A stretch of DNA of 27,154 nt from a bacterium (GTDB lineage Bacteria > Sysuimicrobiota > Sysuimicrobiia > Sysuimicrobiales > Kaftiobacteriaceae), in assembly GCA_044868695.1 (NCBI GenBank), contig JBIOWP010000130.1:1-27154 (forward strand), in the 5' to 3' direction. Position numbers and translations under genes: made by a program. Shown here in pieces: positions 16,255 through 26,020 of this stretch; positions within the stretch are counted from its first letter, which is position 1, and each line of letters begins with the position of its first letter. The notes beneath the pieces are model-generated. The model worked only from the letters and a program-made list of their open reading frames with translations, made no database searches and was not told where the DNA came from.

Positions 16255-16315
16255 GGGAGTAGGGATCAGGGAGTAGGGATCAGTTACTGCTCCCTAATCC
16301 CTGCTCCCTAATCCC
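16255..16315. repeat. Inverted array of heptamer tandem repeats
   Basis: (gggagta gggatca)x2 gttac (tgctccc taatccc)x2. Confidence 0.8.
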
Positions 16316-16333
16316 GCAGTTGGAGGGGGCTTC

Positions 16334-17086
16334 GTGTCTCAAAAGATCCTCGTGGTCGACGACGAGCCCCATATCGTGGAGCTGGTTAAGTACAACCTCC
16401 TCCAGGAAGGCTACGAGGTCCTGACCGCGCACGACGGCAGCGACGCGGTGACGCGGTCGCGGCAGGAGCGGCCGGACCTCATCATCCTCGACATCATGCT
16501 CCCGTATGTCGATGGGCTGGAGGTCTGCCGGCAGATTCGCCGCGAGTCGGCGGTCCCCATCATCATGCTCACCGCCAAAGACGGAGAGCTGGAACGCGTC
16601 GTCGGACTTGAGATCGGCGCCGACGACTACGTGACGAAACCCTTTTCCCCCCGGGAATTGGTGGCGCGCGTCCGGGCGATCCTCCGGCGGACGACCCGGG
16701 ATCTCACGCCGGGAGTGACCGGTCCGCTGCGCAGCGGCGGCCTGACGCTGGATTCGGCGACGCATGAGGTGACGCTCAACAGCCGGCAGGTGGAGCTGAC
16801 GGCCAAGGAGTTCGAGCTCCTGCGCCTGCTATTGAGCCATCCCAACCGGGTCTTTACCCGCGACTTCCTCCTGGAGCACATCTGGGGCTACGACTACTAC
16901 GGCAGCACCCGCACCGTCGACATGCACATCAGCCGGCTCCGGGAGAAGATCGAGGACCACCCTGCGTCTCCGACGTTCATCGTCACCGTACGCGGCGTCG
17001 GATACAAGTTTAAAGGCGGAAGCGAGGGAACACGGGAACGCGGGAACGAGACCCGGGGCCCGAGGCCCGAGGCCCGTCAGTCATGA
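16334..17086 (+). CDS. OmpR-family response regulator (PhoP/WalR-like)
   Basis: VVDDE, LDIMLP, MLTAK, GADDYVTKPF, RTVDMHI, TVRGVGY. Confidence 0.95.
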   Translation: MSQKILVVDDEPHIVELVKYNLLQEGYEVLTAHDGSDAVTRSRQERPDLIILDIMLPYVDGLEVCRQIRRESAVPIIMLTAKDGELERVVGLEIGADDYVTKPFSPRELVARVRAILRRTTRDLTPGVTGPLRSGGLTLDSATHEVTLNSRQVELTAKEFELLRLLLSHPNRVFTRDFLLEHIWGYDYYGSTRTVDMHISRLREKIEDHPASPTFIVTVRGVGYKFKGGSEGTRERGNETRGPRPEARQS

Positions 17087-18876
17087 GGTCTATCCGCTGG
17101 AAACTCACGACCTCGTACGTGCTGCTGGTCCTGCTCGTCCTGGTCATCGTGACGGCCTACGTCGTCCAGGCGCTCCACCGGCAGTACGTGAGCATGTACG
17201 CCTATATCGTCGCGACCCAGGCGAAGGTCATCTCATTGATGATGCGTGAGTACGCGGGCACCCGGGCGCTCGTGGAGCTCCAGCCGATGGTCGACACGCT
17301 GAAGTGGCGCAAGGAAGCCGCGATCACACTGCTGGATGTCCCCGGCTCCGCCGCGCAGCTGGACCCGTCCTCTCCCGAGCTCGCTCGAGCGTTCGGCGGC
17401 GAGGAGGCGCAGGCGGTCCGCTTCGACCGCGCCACGGGTGAGACCCGCGTCTTCGCCGCCGCGCCGGTCCTCGGCCCCGGGAATCGGGTGATGGGCGTAG
17501 TGCAGGTCTCCGCGCCGGAGGCATGGGTGTGGCGCCAGTTGCGGAGGATGGAACCGGCGCTGGCGACGGCGATGCTTTTGGGCCTGGTGGCGGCACTGCT
17601 GGTGGGCGCGCGCTTCTCCCGGCGCATTACCCGCCCCCTGCTGGAGCTCGGACGGGCCGCCGAACGCATTTCGACCGGCGACTTCGCCGGCCGGGCGCCC
17701 GTGGATGAAACCGAGGAGCTGGGCCGGCTGGGCCGCACGTTCAATACGATGGCCGACCACCTCCAGCTGACGGTCGCGGAGATCATCGCGGAGCGCAAGA
17801 AGCTCGAAGCGATCGTCAGCGGCATGACCGACGCCGTGGTCGCGTCCGACCGCCACGGCCGCCTGATCTTGCTGAACCGGGCCGCCGAAGAGCTGCTGGG
17901 GACCGACGGCACCCGGGCACTGGGCCATCCCGCGCGCGACGCGATTCGCGGGGACCGCCTTCCGGCAATGCTGGAGGACGCCACCGCGCACGGGCGGGTG
18001 TCTGCCGAAGAACTCCCCCCCGGGTCCGCCGGCGAGCGCGTGGTCGAGGTGCACTGCGCCCCCTACAGAGATGATCGCGGCGAGGTGATCGGCGCGGTGG
18101 CGGTCCTGCGCGACGTCACCGAGCTCCGGCAAACCGAGCGGCTGCGGCGTGAGCTCACCGCCAACGTCTCGCATGAACTGCGCACGCCCCTCACATCCAT
18201 CAAAGGGTTCTCCGAAACCCTGCTGGACGGCGCGATGAGCGACGAAGCGACCTGCCGGCGGTTCCTCACCATCATCAACACAGAAGCGGACCGCCTGGTG
18301 AAGCTGGTCGACGACCTCCTGGACCTGTCGCGCCTGGAGAGCAAGCGTGCCACGCTGGACCTTCGGCCGGTGGACGTCAGCACGCTGGTGGCGGACACCG
18401 TGGACAAACTGCGCCCGCTGGCCCGGACGCATGCGCTGGCCCTGGATCAGGTCGTCCCGGACGGCATCTGGGTCACCGGTGACCGCGACCGGTTGGAACA
18501 GGTCCTCACCAACCTCATCGGCAACGCGCTGAAATACACGCCGGCCGGCGGGCGCGTGGAGGTGCGCGTGGCGTGCGCCGATCGCGAGGTCGAGATCGCC
18601 GTCTCGGACACCGGCCAGGGGATCCGGCCGGAGGATCTGCCTCACGTCTTTGAGCGATTCTACCGCGCCGACCGCTCACGCTCGCGCGGGCCGTCGACCC
18701 TGGGACAGGACTGGGGGCAGGCTGCGGGAGCAAGCTCGGGGGGAACCGGACTCGGGCTGGCCATCGCCAAGCACATCGTGGAGGCCCACGGCGGGCGGAT
18801 CAGTGTCCGCAGCCGTCTGGACGAAGGCAGCACCTTTGCGTTTACCCTGCCGGACGGACGCACACAGGATAACTGA
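17083..18876 (+). CDS. Sensor histidine kinase, HAMP-PAS-HisKA-HATPase (PhoR/WalK-like)
   Basis: Two TM helices, HAMP, PAS, SHELRTPLTSI, NLIGNALKY, DTGQG, FERFYR, GTGLGL. Confidence 0.95.
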   Translation: MRSIRWKLTTSYVLLVLLVLVIVTAYVVQALHRQYVSMYAYIVATQAKVISLMMREYAGTRALVELQPMVDTLKWRKEAAITLLDVPGSAAQLDPSSPELARAFGGEEAQAVRFDRATGETRVFAAAPVLGPGNRVMGVVQVSAPEAWVWRQLRRMEPALATAMLLGLVAALLVGARFSRRITRPLLELGRAAERISTGDFAGRAPVDETEELGRLGRTFNTMADHLQLTVAEIIAERKKLEAIVSGMTDAVVASDRHGRLILLNRAAEELLGTDGTRALGHPARDAIRGDRLPAMLEDATAHGRVSAEELPPGSAGERVVEVHCAPYRDDRGEVIGAVAVLRDVTELRQTERLRRELTANVSHELRTPLTSIKGFSETLLDGAMSDEATCRRFLTIINTEADRLVKLVDDLLDLSRLESKRATLDLRPVDVSTLVADTVDKLRPLARTHALALDQVVPDGIWVTGDRDRLEQVLTNLIGNALKYTPAGGRVEVRVACADREVEIAVSDTGQGIRPEDLPHVFERFYRADRSRSRGPSTLGQDWGQAAGASSGGTGLGLAIAKHIVEAHGGRISVRSRLDEGSTFAFTLPDGRTQDN

Positions 18877-18891
18877 CGGAAACGGTCCCCC

Positions 18892-19602
18892 TTATCCGCC
18901 CAGGTACGCCTTCCTGACTTCCTCGTTCGCCTGCAGCTCCTCCGCCGACCCGGCCAGCGCGATCTCTCCGGTCTGCAGCACGTAGCCGCGATGCGCCACC
19001 TGCAGAGCCATGTACGCGTTCTGCTCGACCAGCAGGACCGTGGTCCCCAGCTTGTTGATGCCCGTCACCGTCTCAAAGATCTGATCCACGAGCACCGGCG
19101 CCAGTCCCATCGAGGGCTCGTCCAGCAGCAGCACCTTCGGCTCTGACATGAGCGCCCGGCCGATCGCCAGCATCTGCTGCTCGCCCCCCGAGAGAGTTCC
19201 GGCCACCTGGGCGCGCCGTTCCTTCAGCCGCGGGAACAACGTAAACACCCGTTCCAGGTCACGCTCGATCGCGCTGCGCTCCACCCGCCGGTAAGCACCC
19301 ATCATGAGATTCTCGTGGACCGTCAGGCGGCCGAAGATGCGGCGCCCCTCCGGAACCTGTACCACGCCCTTGGCCACGACTTCGTGCGCCGGCAGCGCGG
19401 CAATGTCCTCGTCAAACAGCGCGACGCGTCCCTGCCGGGGGCGAAGCAGCCCGCTGATGGTGTTCAGGGTGGTGCTCTTGCCGGCGCCGTTGGCACCGAT
19501 GAGGGTCACGATCTCGCCGGATTCGACGCGCAGCGAAATGCCTTTCAGCGCGTGGATCTGCCCGTAGTAGACGTGGAGGTTCTCGACATTCAAGAGCGCC
19601 AT
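18892..19602 (-). CDS. livF: Branched-chain amino acid ABC ATPase
   Basis: GANGAGKST, VPEGRRIF, LSGGEQQM, LDEPSMGL. Confidence 0.95.
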   Translation of the reverse strand: MALLNVENLHVYYGQIHALKGISLRVESGEIVTLIGANGAGKSTTLNTISGLLRPRQGRVALFDEDIAALPAHEVVAKGVVQVPEGRRIFGRLTVHENLMMGAYRRVERSAIERDLERVFTLFPRLKERRAQVAGTLSGGEQQMLAIGRALMSEPKVLLLDEPSMGLAPVLVDQIFETVTGINKLGTTVLLVEQNAYMALQVAHRGYVLQTGEIALAGSAEELQANEEVRKAYLGG

Positions 19603-19603
19603 C

Positions 19604-20389
19604 CTACCCCGCCGCCTCCGTCCCGGTCCGGCGGGTCCCCAGGTAGGCTTCGATCACCTTCGGGTCGTTTTGGACGACCGTGGGGGTGCCCTCGGAGATC
19701 TTCGTGCCGTAGTCGAGCACCGTCACCAGATCGGAGACACCCATCACGACGCGCATCTGGTGCTCGATGAGGATGATGGTGATCCCCAGCTCGTCGCGCA
19801 GCTGCCGGATGAACGCCATCATCTCCACCGTCTCGCGCGGGTTCATGCCCGCCGTGGGCTCGTCCAGCAGGAGCAGCTGCGGTTTGATGGCCAGCGCCCG
19901 GGCGATCTCCAGCCTGCGCTGTTCCCCGTAGGGGAGGTTCCTGGCCAGCGAATCGCCGCGGCCGGCCAGCCCCACGAAGGCGAGCAGCTCACGCGCCTGC
20001 TGCACCGCGCGCCGCTCCTCCTGCACGACCGCCGGCGAGCGCAGGATGGCTCCCACCCACGTGCTGCGCAGGTGGGTGTGCAGCCCGACGAGGATATTTT
20101 CTAGCACCGTCATGTTCGAGAACAGCCGGATGTTTTGATAGGTACGCGCGATTCCCAGCCGGGTGATCAAATCGGGAGTCAGACCGTCGAGCGGGCGGTC
20201 GGCGAAGGTGATCTGCCCTTCCTCCGGCCGGTAGAAACCGGTGACGCAGTTGAAGAACGTCGTCTTGCCGGCGCCGTTCGGCCCGATGATGCTGTGGATC
20301 GCCCGCGGCTCGACGTCCAGATCGAGATCGCTGAGCGCGACCAGTCCTCCGAAGCGCTTGGTCAGGCGGCGCGCGGTGAGGATCGGCAT
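19604..20389 (-). CDS. livG: Branched-chain amino acid ABC ATPase
   Basis: FGGL, GPNGAGKTT, LPYGEQRRLEIAR, LDEPTAG. Confidence 0.95.
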   Translation of the reverse strand: MPILTARRLTKRFGGLVALSDLDLDVEPRAIHSIIGPNGAGKTTFFNCVTGFYRPEEGQITFADRPLDGLTPDLITRLGIARTYQNIRLFSNMTVLENILVGLHTHLRSTWVGAILRSPAVVQEERRAVQQARELLAFVGLAGRGDSLARNLPYGEQRRLEIARALAIKPQLLLLDEPTAGMNPRETVEMMAFIRQLRDELGITIILIEHQMRVVMGVSDLVTVLDYGTKISEGTPTVVQNDPKVIEAYLGTRRTGTEAAG

Positions 20390-20390
20390 C

Positions 20391-22070
20391 TCAGCGCCCC
20401 CCCTCGCGCCCGCCCGGCTCTGCCCCCGCTGGTTCTGCGGCGTGAAGCTCGCGCGCCTGCGCGGCCGCCGGCCACAGTCCCTCGGGCCGCACCTGCATCA
20501 TCAGGATGAGGACCGCGCCGTAGACGAGGAAGCGAAACTCCGAGAACTCGCGGAGCAGTTCGGGCAGGCCCACCAGGAACAGCGAGCCGACGATCACGCC
20601 CGGCAGGCTGCCCATCCCGCCGACGATGATCAGGGCGAGCGTGTTGATCGACACGAGCAAGGAGAACGAGTGTGGAAACACCGACCCGATCATCACCGCG
20701 AAGATCGCACCGCCCATTCCGGCGAATGCCCCGCCGATGCCGTAGGCCAGCAGTTTTGCGTTGATCGTGTTGATGCCCATCGCCTCTGCGACATCCTCGT
20801 CCTCCCGGATGGCCATCCACGACCGTCCCAGGCGGGAGTCGCGCAGGCGCGCGGCGATGAAAGCGATCAGGGCGCTCGCCGCCAGGGTGATCCAGAAGAG
20901 CTGCCCGAATTCCTTGAACTCCACGCCGAAGAACACGGGTTTGGGGAGGTTCACGATCCCCCGTGATCCCCCCAGCCAGGGTTTGAGGAAGTCGGAGAGT
21001 ACGAGCAGCCGGATGATTTCGCCGAATCCCAGCGTGGCAATGGCCAGGTAGTCCCCCCGGATCCCCAGAATCGGCAGACCGAAAAACACACCGGCGAGGA
21101 GGGACACCAGGAGCGCGATCGGGACCGCCGCCCAGAAGGACAGATGCGCCAGCGCGTACTGCTCCGGGGTGGTAAGCAGGGCGACCGTGTACGCGCCGAT
21201 GGCGAAGAACGCGACGAACCCCAAGTCGAGCAGCCCGGCGAAGCCCACCTCGAGGTTCAGCCCGAGGCCCATCAGCGTAAAGAGGCCGACAAAGACCAAC
21301 ACTTGTGACAGAAACTCGCCGAGGACCCGCGGCAGGATGAACAGCGCGAGCGCCGCGCAGGCAAAGAGGAGATAGGACGACACCCGGCGGCCGCGGACGG
21401 CTCCGGCACGGACGCGGGAGCGCAGAAGGCCCCCCGCCTGCTGCCTCGCCAGGCTGACGGCGGCGGCGGCCACAAAGCACGTCAGAGCCCCGCGCGGGAG
21501 CAGCCCGTCGATATTGAAGAAAAATCCCCGGATTACCGGGCGGATCGTCCCTTCCTGTAGCAGCAGCTGCAGCAGCTCCTGAAAGAGACCCGTGAGGAAC
21601 ACCGCGGTGACCCCGGCGGAAATGGGCCGCCGAATGGGCGGCGGGACCAGAGAGGCCGCTGCTCCGGCCAGCACGACGGCCACCCAGGCCAGCACGACGA
21701 GCGGGATGCCGGATCGGCCGCGGCCGAACGACAGGATCTCAAAGAGCTGGGGGGACGAACTGACGAACATGTCGCGGAGGTTGACCGACGTCCCCACAAC
21801 GATGAAGGCGCCAACCACCACTCCTGCCGCGCCGCCCGCGACCAGGGCCGATCTTACCGCAGAACGCGCTCCCCCGGCGCGGTGTCCCGCCTGGTAGCCG
21901 GCCACCAGGCCGGTGAGCAGGAGCAGGGTGTGACCCAGCGAGATGACGCCGGCGATGATCTGCTTCGCCGCGAAGCTCTCGACCATCCCCACCAGGCCCA
22001 GGAAGACGGCCACCGCCCCGGTGATCGCTCCCAGCAGGAGATGGTCTGTCCATCGCGGCAGACGCGTCAC
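20391..22070 (-). CDS. livM: BCAA ABC permease with long N-terminal membrane extension
   Basis: GLNL.VGFAGLLDLG, RGDYLAIATLGFGEI, AIREDE, GGMGS. Confidence 0.9.
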   Translation of the reverse strand: MTRLPRWTDHLLLGAITGAVAVFLGLVGMVESFAAKQIIAGVISLGHTLLLLTGLVAGYQAGHRAGGARSAVRSALVAGGAAGVVVGAFIVVGTSVNLRDMFVSSSPQLFEILSFGRGRSGIPLVVLAWVAVVLAGAAASLVPPPIRRPISAGVTAVFLTGLFQELLQLLLQEGTIRPVIRGFFFNIDGLLPRGALTCFVAAAAVSLARQQAGGLLRSRVRAGAVRGRRVSSYLLFACAALALFILPRVLGEFLSQVLVFVGLFTLMGLGLNLEVGFAGLLDLGFVAFFAIGAYTVALLTTPEQYALAHLSFWAAVPIALLVSLLAGVFFGLPILGIRGDYLAIATLGFGEIIRLLVLSDFLKPWLGGSRGIVNLPKPVFFGVEFKEFGQLFWITLAASALIAFIAARLRDSRLGRSWMAIREDEDVAEAMGINTINAKLLAYGIGGAFAGMGGAIFAVMIGSVFPHSFSLLVSINTLALIIVGGMGSLPGVIVGSLFLVGLPELLREFSEFRFLVYGAVLILMMQVRPEGLWPAAAQARELHAAEPAGAEPGGREGGR

Positions 22071-22079
22071 ACCGTTCTC

Positions 22080-23141
22080 CTAGGCCTTCTTGGCCGCCAG
22101 GCGTTCGCCGAGGATGCCGGTGGGCCGAAAGATCAGCACGAGCAGAAGCATCGTAAAGCCGAACACGTCTTTCAGCTGGTTGGGAGCGGGGATCCCAAGT
22201 CCGTCCAGAAACAGGATCGGGCCGAGCGATTCGACGAGTCCGAGGAAGAGACCCCCCACCATGGCGCCGGGAATGTTGCCGATCCCGCCGAGCACCGCCG
22301 CGGTGAAAGCCTTGATCCCCGGGACGAACCCCATGAAAAACCACACCTGCTTGAAGACGAGCGCGTACAGTACGCCGGCGGCGCCCGCGGCCGCCGCCCC
22401 GATGGCGAACGTGACAACGATGATCCGGTTGACGTCGATGCCCATCATCGCCGCAACGTCCATGTCTTCTGACACGGCCCGCATGGCCGTGCCGACCTTG
22501 GTCCGCATGACGAACAGGTACAGGACCACCATCAGGAGCACCGCGCCCAGGATCGCCACCGCCTGGGTCCGCAGGATGCCGAGCCCGCCGAGGACCAGTT
22601 CCCCTTTGAAGATCCGCCACTCCGGATACGCTTGAAATCCCGCTCCAAAAAACCCGCGGAAGGCGTACTGGAGAAAGAACGACGCGCCGATGGCGGAAAT
22701 GAGGGGCACCAGGCGGGGCGCGTGGCGTAAGGACCGGTAGGCGACCCGCTCAACCAGCAGGGCCACGGCGGTCGAGGCCATCACGGCCACGGCCATGACC
22801 ACGACCAGCGTGACAAACGGATGGCGCTCCAGGAACCCGGACCGGTTCAGGGCGGCCGCGGCGAAATAGGCCGTGTAGGCCCCGCTCATGAAGATCTCCC
22901 CGTGGGCGAAGTTGATCATGCGCAGGATGCCGTAGACCATCGTGTAGCCCAGCGCGATCAACGCGTAGATACTGCCCTGGGAGAGACCAAAGATGACGAT
23001 GTCGAACCACTGATCCCGCACGTACTTGCCGGAGCTGAGCGTACCGACGCTCCCGACCACGACCACGAGCAGGACCGTGATCCGGAAGGTCCAGAGGAAC
23101 AGCGTAATCAGCGAAAAGCGCTGCCAGAAACCCCGCCGCAT
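22080..23141 (-). CDS. livH: BCAA ABC permease
   Basis: GSIYALIALGYTMVYG..INFAHGE, KAFTAAVLGGIG. ATG 23141 has a GGAGG RBS (alternative start 23156). Confidence 0.93.
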   Translation of the reverse strand: MRRGFWQRFSLITLFLWTFRITVLLVVVVGSVGTLSSGKYVRDQWFDIVIFGLSQGSIYALIALGYTMVYGILRMINFAHGEIFMSGAYTAYFAAAALNRSGFLERHPFVTLVVVMAVAVMASTAVALLVERVAYRSLRHAPRLVPLISAIGASFFLQYAFRGFFGAGFQAYPEWRIFKGELVLGGLGILRTQAVAILGAVLLMVVLYLFVMRTKVGTAMRAVSEDMDVAAMMGIDVNRIIVVTFAIGAAAAGAAGVLYALVFKQVWFFMGFVPGIKAFTAAVLGGIGNIPGAMVGGLFLGLVESLGPILFLDGLGIPAPNQLKDVFGFTMLLLVLIFRPTGILGERLAAKKA

Positions 23142-23227
23142 GCCCCTCCCCTGCATCCACTAACAGGGGGATGAGCCGCAGACTCGCAGCCCACCCCCCT
23201 GCCCACCACGCGGACGTACCGCGTCGA

Positions 23228-24493
23228 CTACTTCACCACTGGATAGATCGGCTTCGGGTTCGTCTTACCCGGATCCCACTTCGCCGGGTCCCCGGACGTA
23301 ATCTGGTAGACCGCGAGATGCGGGTCGGCGCAGTCGCCGAACTGGTTGCAGGTCAGCATCCCGGTCAGGCCTTTGAAGTTCTTCGTGGCGAAGAGCGCGT
23401 CGCGCAGCGCCTTCCGCCCGATGTACGTGTTGCCCTGAGCGTCTGTCTTCGCCACCTTCTCGATGGCTGCGAAGAGGACGTTGGCGGCATCATAGGCATG
23501 GGCGTGGAAGATTGACAGCGGCGCGCCTCCATACTTCTTCTGGTGCTTCTGCAGGAAGATCCCGTACGCCGGCCCCAGCACCTCGACCCGGCTGTCGGGA
23601 CTGCTCTGGTACATGCCCACCGCCGCGTCACCGGCCGCCTTGAGGAAGTTGGGGTCGAAGAGTCCGTCCGCACCCATCAGGTTGACCTTCTCCAGCCCCG
23701 AGACTTCCTTCGCCTGCCGGGCGACGAACCCACCCTCAGCCACGAAGATCGGGAAATACAGCAGCTGAGGCTTGGTGGCGGAGATCTTCGTCAGGACCGG
23801 CCGCATGTCGGTATCCCCGACGTTGACCGCCTCCTGGGCGGTAATCGTGCCTCCCTGCTTCTTGAAGCTGTTGGCAAACGCGTTCGCGAGCCCCTCGGCA
23901 TACGGGCTGCCGTCGTGAATCGTGGCCGCCCGACTGAGCTTGAGGACGGTGCGCACGAACGTGGCCGCGACCGCACCCTGCACGAGGTCGTTGTGAGCGG
24001 TGCGTAGATATCCAGAGTAGTCCGCGCTGCGCTTGGGATCGGTCAGGTCGGGCGCCGTGTTTGCCGGAGAGACGGTCGCAATGCCGGCCTTCCACAAGAT
24101 GGGCGCGCCGGGCCGGGCTTCACTCGAGCAGGTAGAGCCGACGGCGGCCACGATCTGTTTGTTTGCGGCGAGCTTCGTCGCCGCGGTCGTCCCGCCCTCG
24201 GGGTTGCATCCGGAGTCCTCACCGATGAGCCTGACCCGGTGCCCCGCCACGGTGCCCTTGTCGTCGATCGCGATCTCGATACCGCGCCGGCTGTCAATGC
24301 CCAGGTTTCCGTTCGGACCGGTGATGACCAACCAGTACGCGATGATGATCGGATCTCCCTTGTTGACCTTCACCACGCCGATGGGATCAGTCACCGGCCC
24401 CATCGTCGCGGCAGGCGCCGCGGGAACAAGATACGTTCCCGCCGCAAGCAACACCGCAACCGCTAGTGCCACCGATATGTGCGTTCGCTTCAT
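23228..24493 (-). CDS. livK: BCAA ABC substrate-binding protein
   Basis: Signal peptide, EDSGCNPEGG, VGSTCSS, RTAHND..QG, AYDAA, FKGLTG. Heads the liv operon. Confidence 0.88.
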   Translation of the reverse strand: MKRTHISVALAVAVLLAAGTYLVPAAPAATMGPVTDPIGVVKVNKGDPIIIAYWLVITGPNGNLGIDSRRGIEIAIDDKGTVAGHRVRLIGEDSGCNPEGGTTAATKLAANKQIVAAVGSTCSSEARPGAPILWKAGIATVSPANTAPDLTDPKRSADYSGYLRTAHNDLVQGAVAATFVRTVLKLSRAATIHDGSPYAEGLANAFANSFKKQGGTITAQEAVNVGDTDMRPVLTKISATKPQLLYFPIFVAEGGFVARQAKEVSGLEKVNLMGADGLFDPNFLKAAGDAAVGMYQSSPDSRVEVLGPAYGIFLQKHQKKYGGAPLSIFHAHAYDAANVLFAAIEKVAKTDAQGNTYIGRKALRDALFATKNFKGLTGMLTCNQFGDCADPHLAVYQITSGDPAKWDPGKTNPKPIYPVVK

Positions 24494-24689
24494 TCGCTAT
24501 CCGCCTCCTTATGATTTGTGGTTCGCTCGTTAGCCACGCCTACGACAGCGCCGGGCCGGCGCTCACCCCCTATCCCGGTCGTGATCCCCCTCCGTCACGC
24601 CCGGTGTCGCGTCGATGCCGTCGTATGCAAACCTATTCAACCGTCCAGGGTGGGATAGTGGTTCGCCGCTCCCCCAGGCAATCCTCCCG

Positions 24690-25961
24690 CTACGGGTAGA
24701 TGCCCCGGGTCATCAACGCATCCGCGACGCGCTCAATGGCCCGGATCAGGGCGGCGGTTCGCATGAAGACCTTGCGGTCCAGGGAGGTGCGCAGCACCTG
24801 GCCGAAACTGCGGACCATGATCCGCTCCAGGTTCTGGTTGACCTCCTCTTCGGTCCAGAAGAACTGCTGCAGGCCCTGGACCCACTCGAAGTAGGACACG
24901 ATTACCCCGCCCGCGTTGGCCAGGATGTCCGGAACGACAAACACATTCCGCCCCTGCAAGACCTCGTCGCCGTCGGGGGTCACAGGGCCATTGGCACCCT
25001 CGACGATCAGCTTCGCCTTGATCTTGGCCGCGTTGGCGGCTGTGATCTGGCCTTCCAGCGCGCTGGGGACCAGAATGTCGCACGGCACCTCCAGGAGTTC
25101 CTGGTTGGTCACCCGGTCGGCGCCCGGGAAGCCGGTCACCGAGCCGCGTTCTTCCTTATACTTCAGCAGGGCCCGGGGATCCAGGCCTTTCGGACTGTGG
25201 ACGCCTCCGGACGAATCGCTGGCGGCCACGACGGTGCACCCTTGCTCCTGCAGCAGGTAGGCCGCCACCGCGCCCACGTTGCCGAACCCCTGCACAGCCA
25301 CCTTGGCGCCGGCCAGGGACATTCCCAGATGCTTGGTGGCTTCCCGCGCCATGAACGTCACGCCCCGCCCGGTCGCCTCCACCCGCCCGTAGGACCCGCC
25401 GATGGCCAGCGGTTTGCCCGTGACGACCGACGGCGTCGAGTGTCCCCGGTGCATGCTGTACGTGTCCATGATCCACGCCATGATCTGGGGACTCGTGCCG
25501 ACGTCGGGAGCCGGAATGTCTCCTTCGGGACTCATCAAAATGCCGATTTCGGTCGCGTAACGGCGCGTCAGGTGCTCGAGCTCGTCGCGGGACAGCTCCT
25601 TCGGGTTGACGATCACCCCACCCTTCGCTCCGCCGTACGGCAGGCCGACCGTGGCGCACTTCCACGTCATCCACATCGCCAGCGCCCGCACTTCGTTGAG
25701 GGTGACGTCCGGGTGGTATCGGATCCCGCCCTTCGTGGGTCCCAGCACGGTACTGTGGTGCACGCGGTAGCCCGTGAAGATCCGGACGGAGCCGTCGTCC
25801 ATCTTGACAGGAAAGTTGACCGTCAGCTCGCGTTTGGGGTAGGCGAGAAATTCCCGGATGCCCCGTTTGAGCGGGAGAAGATCGGCTGCAATGTTGAACT
25901 GGCGCAGCGCCATCTGCCAGGGATCTTCCTGAGGAGTAATGACTGCCGCCTGCGCGGTCAT
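24690..25961 (-). CDS. gdhA: Glu/Leu/Phe/Val dehydrogenase (glutamate dehydrogenase)
   Basis: [51 protein letters not shown]. Confidence 0.92.
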   Translation of the reverse strand: MTAQAAVITPQEDPWQMALRQFNIAADLLPLKRGIREFLAYPKRELTVNFPVKMDDGSVRIFTGYRVHHSTVLGPTKGGIRYHPDVTLNEVRALAMWMTWKCATVGLPYGGAKGGVIVNPKELSRDELEHLTRRYATEIGILMSPEGDIPAPDVGTSPQIMAWIMDTYSMHRGHSTPSVVTGKPLAIGGSYGRVEATGRGVTFMAREATKHLGMSLAGAKVAVQGFGNVGAVAAYLLQEQGCTVVAASDSSGGVHSPKGLDPRALLKYKEERGSVTGFPGADRVTNQELLEVPCDILVPSALEGQITAANAAKIKAKLIVEGANGPVTPDGDEVLQGRNVFVVPDILANAGGVIVSYFEWVQGLQQFFWTEEEVNQNLERIMVRSFGQVLRTSLDRKVFMRTAALIRAIERVADALMTRGIYP

Positions 25962-26020
25962 TGCCGTCCCTCCTTGAGGAATTTCATCAAGCTGGTGTTC
26001 CCCACACGAGGCCTCCGGCC

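Noticed and set aside
16255..16315. CRISPR array
   Set aside because: The units are 7/14-bp tandem repeats with no spacers, and there are no cas genes in the window.
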